From Candidatus Heimdallarchaeota archaeon (GTDB lineage: Archaea > Asgardarchaeota > Wukongarchaeia > Wukongarchaeales > JBHIFL01): a DNA stretch of 17,333 nt. Numbering within the stretch: position 1 is the first letter of the stretch; each line of letters begins with the position of its first letter. Below, in pieces: positions 7,233-16,562 of the stretch. A program made the position numbers and the translations under genes. Below the pieces are notes generated by a model that was not told where the DNA came from, ran no database searches, and worked only from the letters and a program-made list of their open reading frames with translations. The stretch spans positions 1 to 17,333 of the forward strand of contig JBHIFL010000082.1 of the NCBI GenBank assembly GCA_046761065.1, read 5' to 3'.

Positions 7233-8465
7233 TTATACGGGCGCACGAGCTTTTTTTCTACCGGTTCGTCCAAGACGTATTCCGAACCACGAAAAAACAT
7301 AAGCAATTCCGAAGACAATGAGGATCAAAACCAGAAATGGGACCAAGAAGGTGCGCTGCAATAGTTGGTCTATTCCAATGGAGGTAGCTAATTCGAGGAA
7401 TGGGGGTAAAACTGGAATTATCATGTATAAAGCGATCAAAAGGAGTGGCAGTGTGATAACCAAGTTACAAAGGAGGGCAACCAACGATCCTCCCCGTCTA
7501 CTTATTAAACCACCAATCAGACCACAGATCAGACCGAGTACGATAAACACGATAATGAGCTGGAGGCCGTTGAAGGGGCTATTTGCCGTTACCTTGGCAA
7601 ACCAACTCTGAAAGACGCTAGTCGTAAGCCAGTTCCTGACATAACCTGCGGTGATTGAATAATCTGCAATTTGGAAGAATCGTTTTCCGATCCACGCGCC
7701 TATCACCAGAAGTAAAAATAGGGCAAAGGTTGCATGGTCTCTTGCTTCCCATCGAATTTCGTGCATGTAAGTACGACCATCAATGTTATGTCCGAAGCCT
7801 CGTGATTCGATCGCGATCGCGATGTCTTGAGAGCGTCTCATGCTATTTGAAATAGCTGGGAAGAACATATTCAAAAAAAGCGCTCTAAAGCGCTTAATTG
7901 GATTACGGAATCGAAAATCCCAGCCTCTAGCCATCTGAGCCTCCATAATCTTCCGGTTTTCATCGATCATGACGGGGAGATATCCGAATCCGATACTGAC
8001 GGCTAGGGCGAATTCTGGCGGCACTCTTAATTTCACAAGGGCGAGGATCAGATCTCGAATAGGTGTTAGCATAAGTATGGTCCGAATGATTGTTAGAATA
8101 ATGAGAAATCTAAAAACGGCACCAACCGCCCATACAAGACCTTCAAGGGTGATTGGCAATTTATCCTTGTAGATGTATTCAAGGATTAATGGATTCTGGA
8201 CTTTTTCTCCTAAGGGAGGCATTAAAACATTAAAGAGAAAATAAAGAACGGCAACGGGTGCAATCGCCCTGATAAAGCCGCCAACCTTATCGAAGGGCAT
8301 ATGAGCAATTTTCAAAAGGATTAGGAGGCATATAAAGAGAATACTTAACCAAATTGGGTCATTGAAAATGACAGACAACGCGACCACACTAACGGCAATA
8401 AACAGTTTCGCCCGGGGATCCATGCGGTGAAAGATCGTATCTCCTTCTACATATTCAAAAGCCAT
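7233..8465 (-). CDS. ecfT: ECF transporter transmembrane T component (EcfT/CbiQ family) with C-terminal membrane extension
   Basis: N-terminal HRMDPRAKL and coupling-helix motifs EAQMARG and AIESRGF. Abuts the ECF ATPase gene. 410 aa. Confidence 0.9.
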   Translation of the reverse strand: MAFEYVEGDTIFHRMDPRAKLFIAVSVVALSVIFNDPIWLSILFICLLILLKIAHMPFDKVGGFIRAIAPVAVLYFLFNVLMPPLGEKVQNPLILEYIYKDKLPITLEGLVWAVGAVFRFLIILTIIRTILMLTPIRDLILALVKLRVPPEFALAVSIGFGYLPVMIDENRKIMEAQMARGWDFRFRNPIKRFRALFLNMFFPAISNSMRRSQDIAIAIESRGFGHNIDGRTYMHEIRWEARDHATFALFLLLVIGAWIGKRFFQIADYSITAGYVRNWLTTSVFQSWFAKVTANSPFNGLQLIIVFIVLGLICGLIGGLISRRGGSLVALLCNLVITLPLLLIALYMIIPVLPPFLELATSIGIDQLLQRTFLVPFLVLILIVFGIAYVFSWFGIRLGRTGRKKARAPV

Positions 8466-8466
8466 T

Positions 8467-10209
8467 CTAAGTGCCTCCTACCAGGTCAACCACCTGTTCG
8501 TACATTTCGTCTACTGAGATAATATCCCCTAACACTCCATATTGGGTCATGGCTTGCGCAAATCGTGTGATCTGAGGTGGTCGAAGAAAACTGGTTTGTA
8601 GAGTCTCTGTTTGGGCGTACACCTCTCGTGTAGGTCCGTCTAACAATAATTTGCCATCTTTTAGTACAATGATCCGTTGCGCATATTCTGCCGCTAGATT
8701 CATATCGTGGGTTATTACAATGATAGTTTTTCCTGCTTCATTGAGGTGTTTATAAAATTCCATCATTTGGCGTCCTACTCCTGGACTTTGGCCAGTTGTA
8801 GGTTCATCGATGATCAAGACATCAGGCTGCATTGCAAGGATAGAAGCCACAGCCACTTTTTGCCGTTCGCCTTTACTTAAAGAAAAAGGGTTGGCATCGA
8901 ACACATCTTTCAACCCTAAGGCATCGGCCACCTCTTTAGCTCTCTTATCAATCTCCTCTTGAGGTAATTTCAAATTTTTTGGTCCAAATGCAAGCTCTTC
9001 TTGGACAGTAGATTTACAAATCTGAAAATCAGGGTTTTGAAACGCATAGCCTACCTTTTTTGCTAATGTGGGGATTGGAATATCATAAGTATCTATCCCA
9101 TCAACAATCACCCTTCCTTTTGTTGGGCGGAGCAGACCATTGAAATGCTTTACAAGAGTTGTTTTGCCAGAACCATTTTGGCCGATTATTCCTACAAATT
9201 CACCATGGTAGAACTTGACATTTACGCCTCGGAGGGCTTCCGTGCCATCTTCGTAAATATGCCAGAGATTTTCAGCTCTAATTATCTCTTCTTGTGGTTC
9301 AACGATCTGCTCCTTAAGAGGCGTAATCTCTTCCCTCTTTTTATGCGAGAAAATCTTGGAAAAGGTCTCCACCGCCTCTTCTACTGTGATTGGCCACGTT
9401 GATATTTCCGCACCTGCTTTTTGTAGTCTTTCTGCAAGAAGGGTGACTTGGGGAGGCTTAAGCCCTATTTGGTCCATGCGATCCACATTTTCTAGCAATT
9501 CCCGTGGAGGCCCTTCAAGTATAATTTCCCCCTCATTTAGAATGATTAATCGGTCTATAAGTGGTAAAAGTTCCTCCATCTTATGTTCAACAATTATTAT
9601 CGTCTTATTCTCACGTCGCGCAAGCTCTGTTACCAGTTCCAAGACGTGGAAACTGCCGATGGGATCCAGATTAGAGGTTGGCTCGTCTAAAACGTAGATT
9701 TGTGGCCGCATTGCTGCAACAGCAGCCAAGGCACAAGCTTGTTGTTCTCCTCCAGATAGTCGGTGGGGGCTATGGGTTGCATACTTTTCGATACGAACCA
9801 TCTTCATCGCTTCTTTGACCCTGGCCATTATTTCCTCCCGAGAGATCCCATAGTTTTCCGCACCAAATGCTACTTCATCCTCAACGGTTGGTGCCACAAG
9901 CTGAGCTGCCGGATCTTGGAACAATAATCCTACTCTGTGGGACAAATAGGCAATTGTATGTTTTTTAGTTTCAAGCCCTTGAATTACAACTTTTCCCGAA
10001 AGTTTGCCCCGAAAGAAGTGTGGTACCAACCCATTTAGGGTATTACAAAGGGTTGTCTTTCCTGCTCCTGCCGGTCCTGAGATCATAACGATTTCGCCTT
10101 GTTTGACTGTTAGGTTAATATTCTTGAGAGCAGGACGATCTGAGCCCTTGTATGTAAACGAGACATCCTCCATCATAATATCTAGAGTGTCTGAAATTGT
10201 TAATCCCAT
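8467..10209 (-). CDS. ECF transporter ATP-binding protein with two fused ABC domains (EcfA-A')
   Basis: Two Walker A motifs (GPAGAGKT, GQNGSGKT), FQDP/FQNP Q-loops, LSGGE/LSKGE signatures, two DEPT Walker B motifs. Confidence 0.95.
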   Translation of the reverse strand: MGLTISDTLDIMMEDVSFTYKGSDRPALKNINLTVKQGEIVMISGPAGAGKTTLCNTLNGLVPHFFRGKLSGKVVIQGLETKKHTIAYLSHRVGLLFQDPAAQLVAPTVEDEVAFGAENYGISREEIMARVKEAMKMVRIEKYATHSPHRLSGGEQQACALAAVAAMRPQIYVLDEPTSNLDPIGSFHVLELVTELARRENKTIIIVEHKMEELLPLIDRLIILNEGEIILEGPPRELLENVDRMDQIGLKPPQVTLLAERLQKAGAEISTWPITVEEAVETFSKIFSHKKREEITPLKEQIVEPQEEIIRAENLWHIYEDGTEALRGVNVKFYHGEFVGIIGQNGSGKTTLVKHFNGLLRPTKGRVIVDGIDTYDIPIPTLAKKVGYAFQNPDFQICKSTVQEELAFGPKNLKLPQEEIDKRAKEVADALGLKDVFDANPFSLSKGERQKVAVASILAMQPDVLIIDEPTTGQSPGVGRQMMEFYKHLNEAGKTIIVITHDMNLAAEYAQRIIVLKDGKLLLDGPTREVYAQTETLQTSFLRPPQITRFAQAMTQYGVLGDIISVDEMYEQVVDLVGGT

Positions 10210-10358
10210 CCTATCATTATTTCTTAATCATTGCTCGGTAAAAATTAATGTCTTAAAATTTTCGCACATTGGTAAACTGATGTATCTTATATATACATAC
10301 AATGTTCGGAGAAACCCTTATATATGGGCTTTTAAGTTATCATCTACCTGTGATAAAA

Positions 10359-10928
10359 ATGGGTGAAACCGAATATAGAAGACCTTGGCTTACTTCACGT
10401 CAAGTTGGAATGATCGCAGCATTCGGTGGACTCGGATTTGCGTGGCGCGCATTGGGTCTAGTAATTCCTCTGGTCCCTCCATTTCTACTAGATATCCGAG
10501 AAACAATTAATGTCATTGCAGCCTTTGCAGGTGGTCCTTTTGTTGCAATCGGTGTGGGCATTCTAGTCGGCCTACCATCAGCAGTACCTTATGCAGATGT
10601 CGTATATTATCCAATGATTGGGATTTCCCTAAGTCTTTTTACCAAATATGTTTGGCGAATCAGAGAAGATTGGGGTAAACTTAAAGCCCTCATAGTACTG
10701 GCAATTGTCCTACTGCCTATTGAGTTTATCTGGATAACAGTCTTCATCGGGGAAATGGCTGTTATGGGTGTTGTGTCTTTCTGGCCAGAATTTTATGCAA
10801 CTATGGGTGTAACCTTTATATTATATTGGGTGCAAGAGTTCCTTCCTCTATGGATATGCATATACCTCTTTCCGGACTTCATGAAGCCAACCTGGAGCTG
10901 GCGTGGTGGTGAAGAGCTAGAAGAATAG
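10359..10928 (+). CDS. Putative ECF transporter substrate-binding S component
   Basis: About 190 aa and highly hydrophobic, with an N-terminal LTSRQVGMIAAFGGLG helix and AAFAGGPFVAIGVG resembling S components. Divergent from ecfA/ecfT. ATG 10359 is preferred over 10302 because TATA-like sequence lies at 10318-10336. Confidence 0.75.
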   Translation: MGETEYRRPWLTSRQVGMIAAFGGLGFAWRALGLVIPLVPPFLLDIRETINVIAAFAGGPFVAIGVGILVGLPSAVPYADVVYYPMIGISLSLFTKYVWRIREDWGKLKALIVLAIVLLPIEFIWITVFIGEMAVMGVVSFWPEFYATMGVTFILYWVQEFLPLWICIYLFPDFMKPTWSWRGGEELEE

Positions 10929-10944
10929 GAGTGGTGAAGAAATC

Positions 10945-11142
10945 ATGTCCACAGAATATGAACGAACGAGAAATCTCATCATCGTGGTAGCCATTGTGAT
11001 CATAATTCTAGCCATTCTGCGGATCGCTGGGATCGGGTTAACAGGGGCAAAACCACTACGTGATACTGCTACAGGTTATGCCTTCATGGTTATCAGTATT
11101 ATTGTAGTGGCTGCAATCCTCTGGTACTATAGAAAGAAGTAA
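10945..11142 (+). CDS. Small two-TM membrane protein
   Basis: 65 aa, GGTGA RBS, 16 nt after the S-component stop, two hydrophobic helices, basic C-terminus. Confidence 0.75.
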   Translation: MSTEYERTRNLIIVVAIVIIILAILRIAGIGLTGAKPLRDTATGYAFMVISIIVVAAILWYYRKK

Positions 11143-11175
11143 AATGTTCTAACATAATACAATACTTTTACTGCA

Positions 11176-11230
11176 ATTTTCCTATTTTTCTTTTTTCCTT
11201 TTTTTTGAAAAATCATATTTTTTTCATTTA
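11176..11230 (+). terminator. Oligo-T tract, probable archaeal intrinsic terminator
   Basis: Several T5-T8 runs shortly after the stop at 11142. Confidence 0.5.
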
Positions 11231-11454
11231 TTCAAATTTATAATAGTATACCCGTGACTTGGCAAGTCCACCTTGGATAATATGAGGGGCAAAAAAACAA
11301 GGGTTCAGAGGCAAGTAGATAGATAAAGATAATTATTTGGTTGCGAGAACTGTTCTGTCTACTTAATTCTCTCTCTTACCATAATAATTAATTAAATTCT
11401 AAAAGTCATAATGAATAAGTGGAATAACTCCCAATTATATTAAGTTCCCAGAGT

Positions 11455-12681
11455 GTGACAACTATGCCCTTAAAAGATGTTGAGTGGGAAATCGAACTTC
11501 TCAAAAAGTTGGTAGCAATCGATACGATCAATACCGGTACAACTAGAAGCAATTACAAGAAATGTGCAGATCTTATCATGACTGAAGCAAAGATGATGGG
11601 TTTACAGGCCCAGATCATCGATGGTAAAAGTGCAACTGAAGATGGAGAAAGCCGTCCCAATGTCGTTGTCGATTTAAACAAAGATTCAGATGTAACAATC
11701 CTCTTTGTTACCCATTATGATGTAGTTTCAGTTCAGCGAGATAAATGGGACACCGATCCCTTCCAACTCACGGTAATCGGTGATAAAGCATTTGGACGAG
11801 GAGCAACTGACGATAAGTCAGGTATAGCTATTGTCTTTGGTGCGATGCGACAACTGCTAAAGGAAGATACTGATGTCAATTTCCGGCTCTGTGCGGCTTG
11901 TGATGAAGAAACGGGAGGCCCTGGTGGTATTGGGTATCTATTTAAACAAGCAAAAATCCGAGGAAACGCCGGAGTCGTGGTTGATGCTGGCTCTCAATAT
12001 GTTGGTATTGGCGCAAGTGGAACGGTATGGGGTAGAGTCATAGTCAAAGGGGAAGGCGGACACAGTGGGAATCCTGACATCCTGGATAATCCTATTTACC
12101 GTGCTGCTAGGCTCATCCAAGCACTCGAAGGTTATCATGAAACTATCAAGGAAACAGTATCTAGTAAGATACGAGCACCACCTGCGGCAATCAAGTCTAA
12201 ACTCTATGGTCGATTCTCAGTGAGTATGATTAAAGCTTGGGAGAAAGAAAACATCATCCCAGGCCAGTGCGAGTTTCGATTCGATCGGCGAATTACTCCT
12301 GAAGAAGATCCCGATGAAGCGGCCAACGCAGCAATCGATTTTATTGAAACGACTGCAAAGAAACAGGAAACTAAAGTTGATGTCGAAATAATTAATAAAG
12401 CTCATGGCTATCTCACAGATCCCAAGCATCACTGGGTCAAGCTTTTCCACCAGACAACGGAGAAAACCCTTAAACGAGAATATTATCTCGGAGCGGATTT
12501 GGGCTTTGATGATGGCATGTATCTCGCGGATGTTGGAATTCCAGTGGTGACTTTTGGTGCATTACGCGATGGTACACGATACCATAGTCACAACGAATTC
12601 GTTTGGCTAGAGGATATACGAGATTGTCGGAACGTCTTCATCGAACTTGGACGAATCCCAGTTAAAAACTTCGATTTCTAA
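11455..12681 (+). CDS. M20 family metallopeptidase/deacylase (ArgE/DapE-like)
   Basis: THYDVV, GRGATDDKSG, DEETGG, GGHSG, NIIPG and YHSHNE motifs. Start is GTG 11455 or ATG 11464. Confidence 0.92.
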   Translation: MTTMPLKDVEWEIELLKKLVAIDTINTGTTRSNYKKCADLIMTEAKMMGLQAQIIDGKSATEDGESRPNVVVDLNKDSDVTILFVTHYDVVSVQRDKWDTDPFQLTVIGDKAFGRGATDDKSGIAIVFGAMRQLLKEDTDVNFRLCAACDEETGGPGGIGYLFKQAKIRGNAGVVVDAGSQYVGIGASGTVWGRVIVKGEGGHSGNPDILDNPIYRAARLIQALEGYHETIKETVSSKIRAPPAAIKSKLYGRFSVSMIKAWEKENIIPGQCEFRFDRRITPEEDPDEAANAAIDFIETTAKKQETKVDVEIINKAHGYLTDPKHHWVKLFHQTTEKTLKREYYLGADLGFDDGMYLADVGIPVVTFGALRDGTRYHSHNEFVWLEDIRDCRNVFIELGRIPVKNFDF

Positions 12682-12979
12682 ATGTCTTCATCTGCGGCTA
12701 ACATCCTTGTACACCAGATAGATTACCATCTCCTATAATAATTCGACCTCCAACGATTACGATTAATCCTAGACGAGCATGAGAGGCGGTTAATGTTCTT
12801 AATAATCTTATACATGTAATATACTAGTTGTATTCGTTTTTAGAAAGATCTATACTATACAATAAAACAGATTAACCTTTATTAACGATAGTATAGCTTT
12901 TATACAGATTTAGAGCATATCATACTTAATATGTGAGTAGGGTAACCTAAAGTCTAACTAAAAGATAGAAGGAACCAAA

Positions 12980-13654
12980 ATGAATACTCCTACAGAAAAT
13001 ATCTTGAAAACAGAACTTCTGGTAGATCTTTACAAGGTTGGGGCTATCAAGTTTGGTACATTTACGCTCAAATCGGGAGAGATTTCTCCATACTATATCC
13101 AACTTCGCGAACTCTCAAGTTATAAGGGAAACGTTGGGAAAAATATCTTGAAAAAGATAGGGACCGCAATGGGGGGATTGATCCGTAAAAACTTCCCCCA
13201 AGTTGATAGAATTGTTGGTGTTGCGTACGCGGGAATCCCACTGGCCATTGCCATTACGCTGGAAACCGGAATTCCCAGCTGCTATACGAGAAAAGAGATC
13301 AAAACGCATGGGATCTCAAGGTTTATCGAAGGACGAATAGAAAACGGAGATACATTAGTAATTGTGGACGACCTAGTGACAACAGGTGAGAGCAAACTGG
13401 AAGCGAGAGAAGCCATTCAAAAGGAGAGTGAGAATCGCAAGATCGTGGTTGAGGTAAAAGGAATCACTTGTCTTTTCGATCGTGAAGAAGGAGGGGTCAA
13501 GTTTCTTGCAAAGGAGGGTTTGGACTTTTTTGCCCTGTTCACGATTTCCGAGGCAGTAATAATGCTTCATAAGAAGAATCTGTTGCAAGAAGAGGAGTAT
13601 CAAGTAGTGTTGGATTATGTGGGGACTAAGAAAAGATCAATTAGCATTAATTAA
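12980..13654 (+). CDS. pyrE: Orotate phosphoribosyltransferase
   Basis: FGTFTLKSGEISPYY, RKEIKTHG flexible loop, PRPP-binding motif VIVDDLVTTGES. Confidence 0.92.
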   Translation: MNTPTENILKTELLVDLYKVGAIKFGTFTLKSGEISPYYIQLRELSSYKGNVGKNILKKIGTAMGGLIRKNFPQVDRIVGVAYAGIPLAIAITLETGIPSCYTRKEIKTHGISRFIEGRIENGDTLVIVDDLVTTGESKLEAREAIQKESENRKIVVEVKGITCLFDREEGGVKFLAKEGLDFFALFTISEAVIMLHKKNLLQEEEYQVVLDYVGTKKRSISIN

Positions 13655-13802
13655 ACGTGTAACCCACAGAATTGTAGCAAAATGTACTCTAGGATCATAT
13701 TTCTTCGAATATAATAAAGGATTCACATAGATGTTTCATTTCAAATTTTTGTAGAATACTCAAATTCAATAACTGTGAGATACGGTCAAAATGAGTCAGA
13801 AT

Positions 13803-14546
13803 TCAAGTTTTTTGAGGCTTTTTAATGGTTATTTGAATTGTTCTGATTGCTTCATCAGGTATTTGCAGTGTGTGAACCATTCCAGTAACAATTGAATCGA
13901 TTAGTCTCTGAATGAAGGGAACTAGTGCAATATTCTTATCATTTACACAAAGCCGGACAGGGCTTCCATAGGTGACACAATCGGAGATTCCCTTTTTCCC
14001 CTTTAGAACCATTGCTCGAAAAGCCTTGCAGTTCGGAAATCCACATTTTCCACAATTTAAATTATGATTGGGAGGCAATGCAAGGGTTTCAACAAGGGTG
14101 GGGAGTTCGGACTCAGTCTTGTAGAGCGGGTGAATTCGCGCCTTTTCATGAGTGCCAATTACAGCGACGGTATCAAATCCTCTATATTCTCCAGGCTCTT
14201 TTGTGCCCAGAATCATGGCTTTTGGAGTGTCAGGAAGGTTCTCAAAGCCGTCAAGCAATATATAATCGGTGGTATCTTCAGCTAATTGGAAAATCAGGGC
14301 TTCTTGATCTGGTCCATAATGTACTGCATTAGACACTTCAGGTGAGACATATGCTATTAATTTACTCTTTAAATCTTCGTAACCCATAATTTTCTGAGTT
14401 GAAATCTCTTGGAATAGTTCCAAGTCTTTTACATGTTTTATTATTGCAACAGAATGACCTTTCTTAGTTAAATAGGTATTAACTTTTTTTATTATAATAG
14501 CTCTATCACAATCAGAACCCTCAACAAAAGCAAAATATCTAGCCAC
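13803..14546 (-). CDS. MobB-like protein with a C-terminal putative Fe-S domain; P-loop degenerate
   Basis: KGHSVAIIKH and DYILLDGF..P..PK are MobB-like. NCGKCGFPNC...C Cys cluster and V.L.VN.K.I.L.PF tail are as in archaeal MobB-FeS proteins. Start uncertain (GTG 14546 fits MobB length; 14609 and 14675 are also in frame). Confidence 0.72.
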   Translation of the reverse strand: MARYFAFVEGSDCDRAIIIKKVNTYLTKKGHSVAIIKHVKDLELFQEISTQKIMGYEDLKSKLIAYVSPEVSNAVHYGPDQEALIFQLAEDTTDYILLDGFENLPDTPKAMILGTKEPGEYRGFDTVAVIGTHEKARIHPLYKTESELPTLVETLALPPNHNLNCGKCGFPNCKAFRAMVLKGKKGISDCVTYGSPVRLCVNDKNIALVPFIQRLIDSIVTGMVHTLQIPDEAIRTIQITIKKPQKT

Positions 14547-14808
14547 TGTAAAGTCCCCAATCTCTTGACTAGTACTTTCTTCTTTCAAGATTATGTTCTC
14601 TACATTCATGAATAAGTCAAAATATTGACACACAGAAAAAATAGCTTCTTGTAGTGAATATTTATGAATAACCACATTAAGAAAAACTAATAAATATTCC
14701 TGAGATGCACTCTGATACTTCAGGAAATAAAAATATACGACTTACAAGAATTTCGAGAGATAATTAGTTATTTAAATAGCAAACAATTTTGTTAAAGCTC
14801 AATATGAG

Positions 14809-16059
14809 ATGAATAACTTGGTTAAAGAAGGACATGTAAGTTTAGAATATTTAGATGTGGAGTTTGGTTATAGCACAGGTCCAGAAAGCCTAGTTTTCTA
14901 TTCAGATGAAGAAAATGCATTCCGGCAAGAAGTTCGTAAATATGCTCGTGACCGAATTGCTCCTCTCGCTCCCCAAATCGAACGAGAAAACAACATTGAA
15001 TTAGTTATAGAATTAGTAAAAGAGATGGGCGAACCTGGTTACCTTGGTTTCGCCTTCCCAAAGGAGTTTGGAGGCGGAGGTAAGGGAGTAGTCCATCGAA
15101 CAATCTTCACTGAAGAGTTAACCGCCGCAAGCTATGCAGTATCCCTTGTTCGAACCGGTTCTGTAGCTCTATTTGGCATCCCTGTGCTCAATTTTGGCTC
15201 CCAGGAGCAAAAAGAAAAATATCTGAAACCTATTATTCAAGGAAAGAAAATAGGAGCCCTTGGAATCACGGAACCCACAGCTGGTTCTGATGCCATTGGA
15301 GGAATGCGAACACGGGCCGTCAAGAAGGGTGATCACTACATAATAAATGGAGAAAAGCGTTATATTACTAATGGTAGTATAGCGGACTACATTCTTCTTT
15401 ATACGATAACTGATCCGGACATCAGCCGTCGTAAAGGTATGAGTGCGTTTATTCTCCCAACCGATGTCCCGGGATTTGAAGTTGTTAAAGACTATGAACT
15501 CATGGGGCGAAGAGGGACCGTTAATTCCCAACTACGGTTGAATAATATTGAACTTCCAACAGAGAACTTGATAGGTGAAGAAGGGCAAGGTTTTGAGATT
15601 TTACTACATGGCTTAAATTCAGAGCGTATTTGTACAGCTGCTCAATATATTGGCATTGCTCGATCTTCTTTTGAAATCGCAACAAAATATGCAGCAGAAA
15701 GGAAACAATTCGGGAAAGCTCTTCGCGAATTTCAAGCAATCTCTTTCAGAATCGCTGATATGTACACCAATATCGAAGCAACGCGGCTGTTAATTTTAAA
15801 AGCCGCTCGGATGGCGGATGCAGGACTTCGTTTCATAAAAGAGGCCGCCGCAGCCAAATGTTTTGCTGCAGAAAAATGTACTGAGATTTGTGATGAAGCC
15901 ATGCAAGTGTTAGGAGGAACTGGTTATACAAAGGAATATCCCTTAGAGCAAAACTATCGAGATATCAGGATCTCTCGAGTCAGTGCAGGATCTACGGAAA
16001 TGCTACGTCTGACGATCCAAGGGCAAATATATCGTGAACTCTTTCCTAGAAAAAAGTAA
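14809..16059 (+). CDS. Acyl-CoA dehydrogenase
   Basis: GALGITEPTAGSD, INGEKRYITNG, ERKQFGK, AMQVLGGTGY..EYPLE..YRD motifs. Confidence 0.95.
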   Translation: MNNLVKEGHVSLEYLDVEFGYSTGPESLVFYSDEENAFRQEVRKYARDRIAPLAPQIERENNIELVIELVKEMGEPGYLGFAFPKEFGGGGKGVVHRTIFTEELTAASYAVSLVRTGSVALFGIPVLNFGSQEQKEKYLKPIIQGKKIGALGITEPTAGSDAIGGMRTRAVKKGDHYIINGEKRYITNGSIADYILLYTITDPDISRRKGMSAFILPTDVPGFEVVKDYELMGRRGTVNSQLRLNNIELPTENLIGEEGQGFEILLHGLNSERICTAAQYIGIARSSFEIATKYAAERKQFGKALREFQAISFRIADMYTNIEATRLLILKAARMADAGLRFIKEAAAAKCFAAEKCTEICDEAMQVLGGTGYTKEYPLEQNYRDIRISRVSAGSTEMLRLTIQGQIYRELFPRKK

Positions 16060-16124
16060 AACAAATATTTCTATTTTATAGGGTATAACGTCCCCCTTCG
16101 TAATAAATCCTACAAAACTGAATA

Positions 16125-16562
16125 TTAATCAGCGTCTTTAGAAGGTGGTTCACAACTCATACAGATCACATCAGCGCAGTGTGTTATTTCTTGTTTGATG
16201 AATTTCATTCCCCACTCTTTCAGACATCCAAGAACTGGTTCTAAACCCCATCCTTTTTCGGTCAAGCTGTAGGTAACACGTACGGGGGAGCTTTCAGTAT
16301 TTACTTTTCTATCTATAATCCCAAATTTCTTTAATTCCTTTAATCTTTGCGAGAGGACTTTTGGGGCAATCCAGTCAAGGGATCTTCTGAGTTCGTTAAA
16401 ACGTCTTGACCCACCACCTGCAAAAAGATCTTGAAGAAGGTTTAATGTCCACCTTTTTCCTAGAATTTTGGCAGCTGTGTAGAGGGGACATGTTGCGTCT
16501 CGATATGCTTGCTTTGGGGTTTTAATACGACTTGCATCAAATTCTTCTGCTATGACGCTCAT
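16125..16562 (-). CDS. HxlR-family winged-helix transcriptional regulator
   Basis: CPLYTAAKILGKRW, RRFNEL, KVLSQRLKEL, PVRVTYSLTEKG; GGTGA RBS. Confidence 0.92.
   Translation of the reverse strand: MSVIAEEFDASRIKTPKQAYRDATCPLYTAAKILGKRWTLNLLQDLFAGGGSRRFNELRRSLDWIAPKVLSQRLKELKKFGIIDRKVNTESSPVRVTYSLTEKGWGLEPVLGCLKEWGMKFIKQEITHCADVICMSCEPPSKDAD

Noticed and set aside
2544-10366. Numerous + strand ORFs opposite the ABC, DUF2178, creatininase and ECF genes
   Set aside because: Antisense shadows of well-supported minus-strand genes, with no recognisable motifs.
12690-12815. Short minus-strand frames (MYKIIKNINR...RRW*; LGLIVIVGG.../MVIYLVYKDVSRR*)
   Set aside because: At most about 30 codons with no convincing homology; indistinguishable from chance.
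14697-14726. TTCCTGA-N16-TCAGGAA dyad between the divergent MobB-like and acyl-CoA dehydrogenase genes
   Set aside because: A single 7-bp dyad with a long spacer is within chance expectation.
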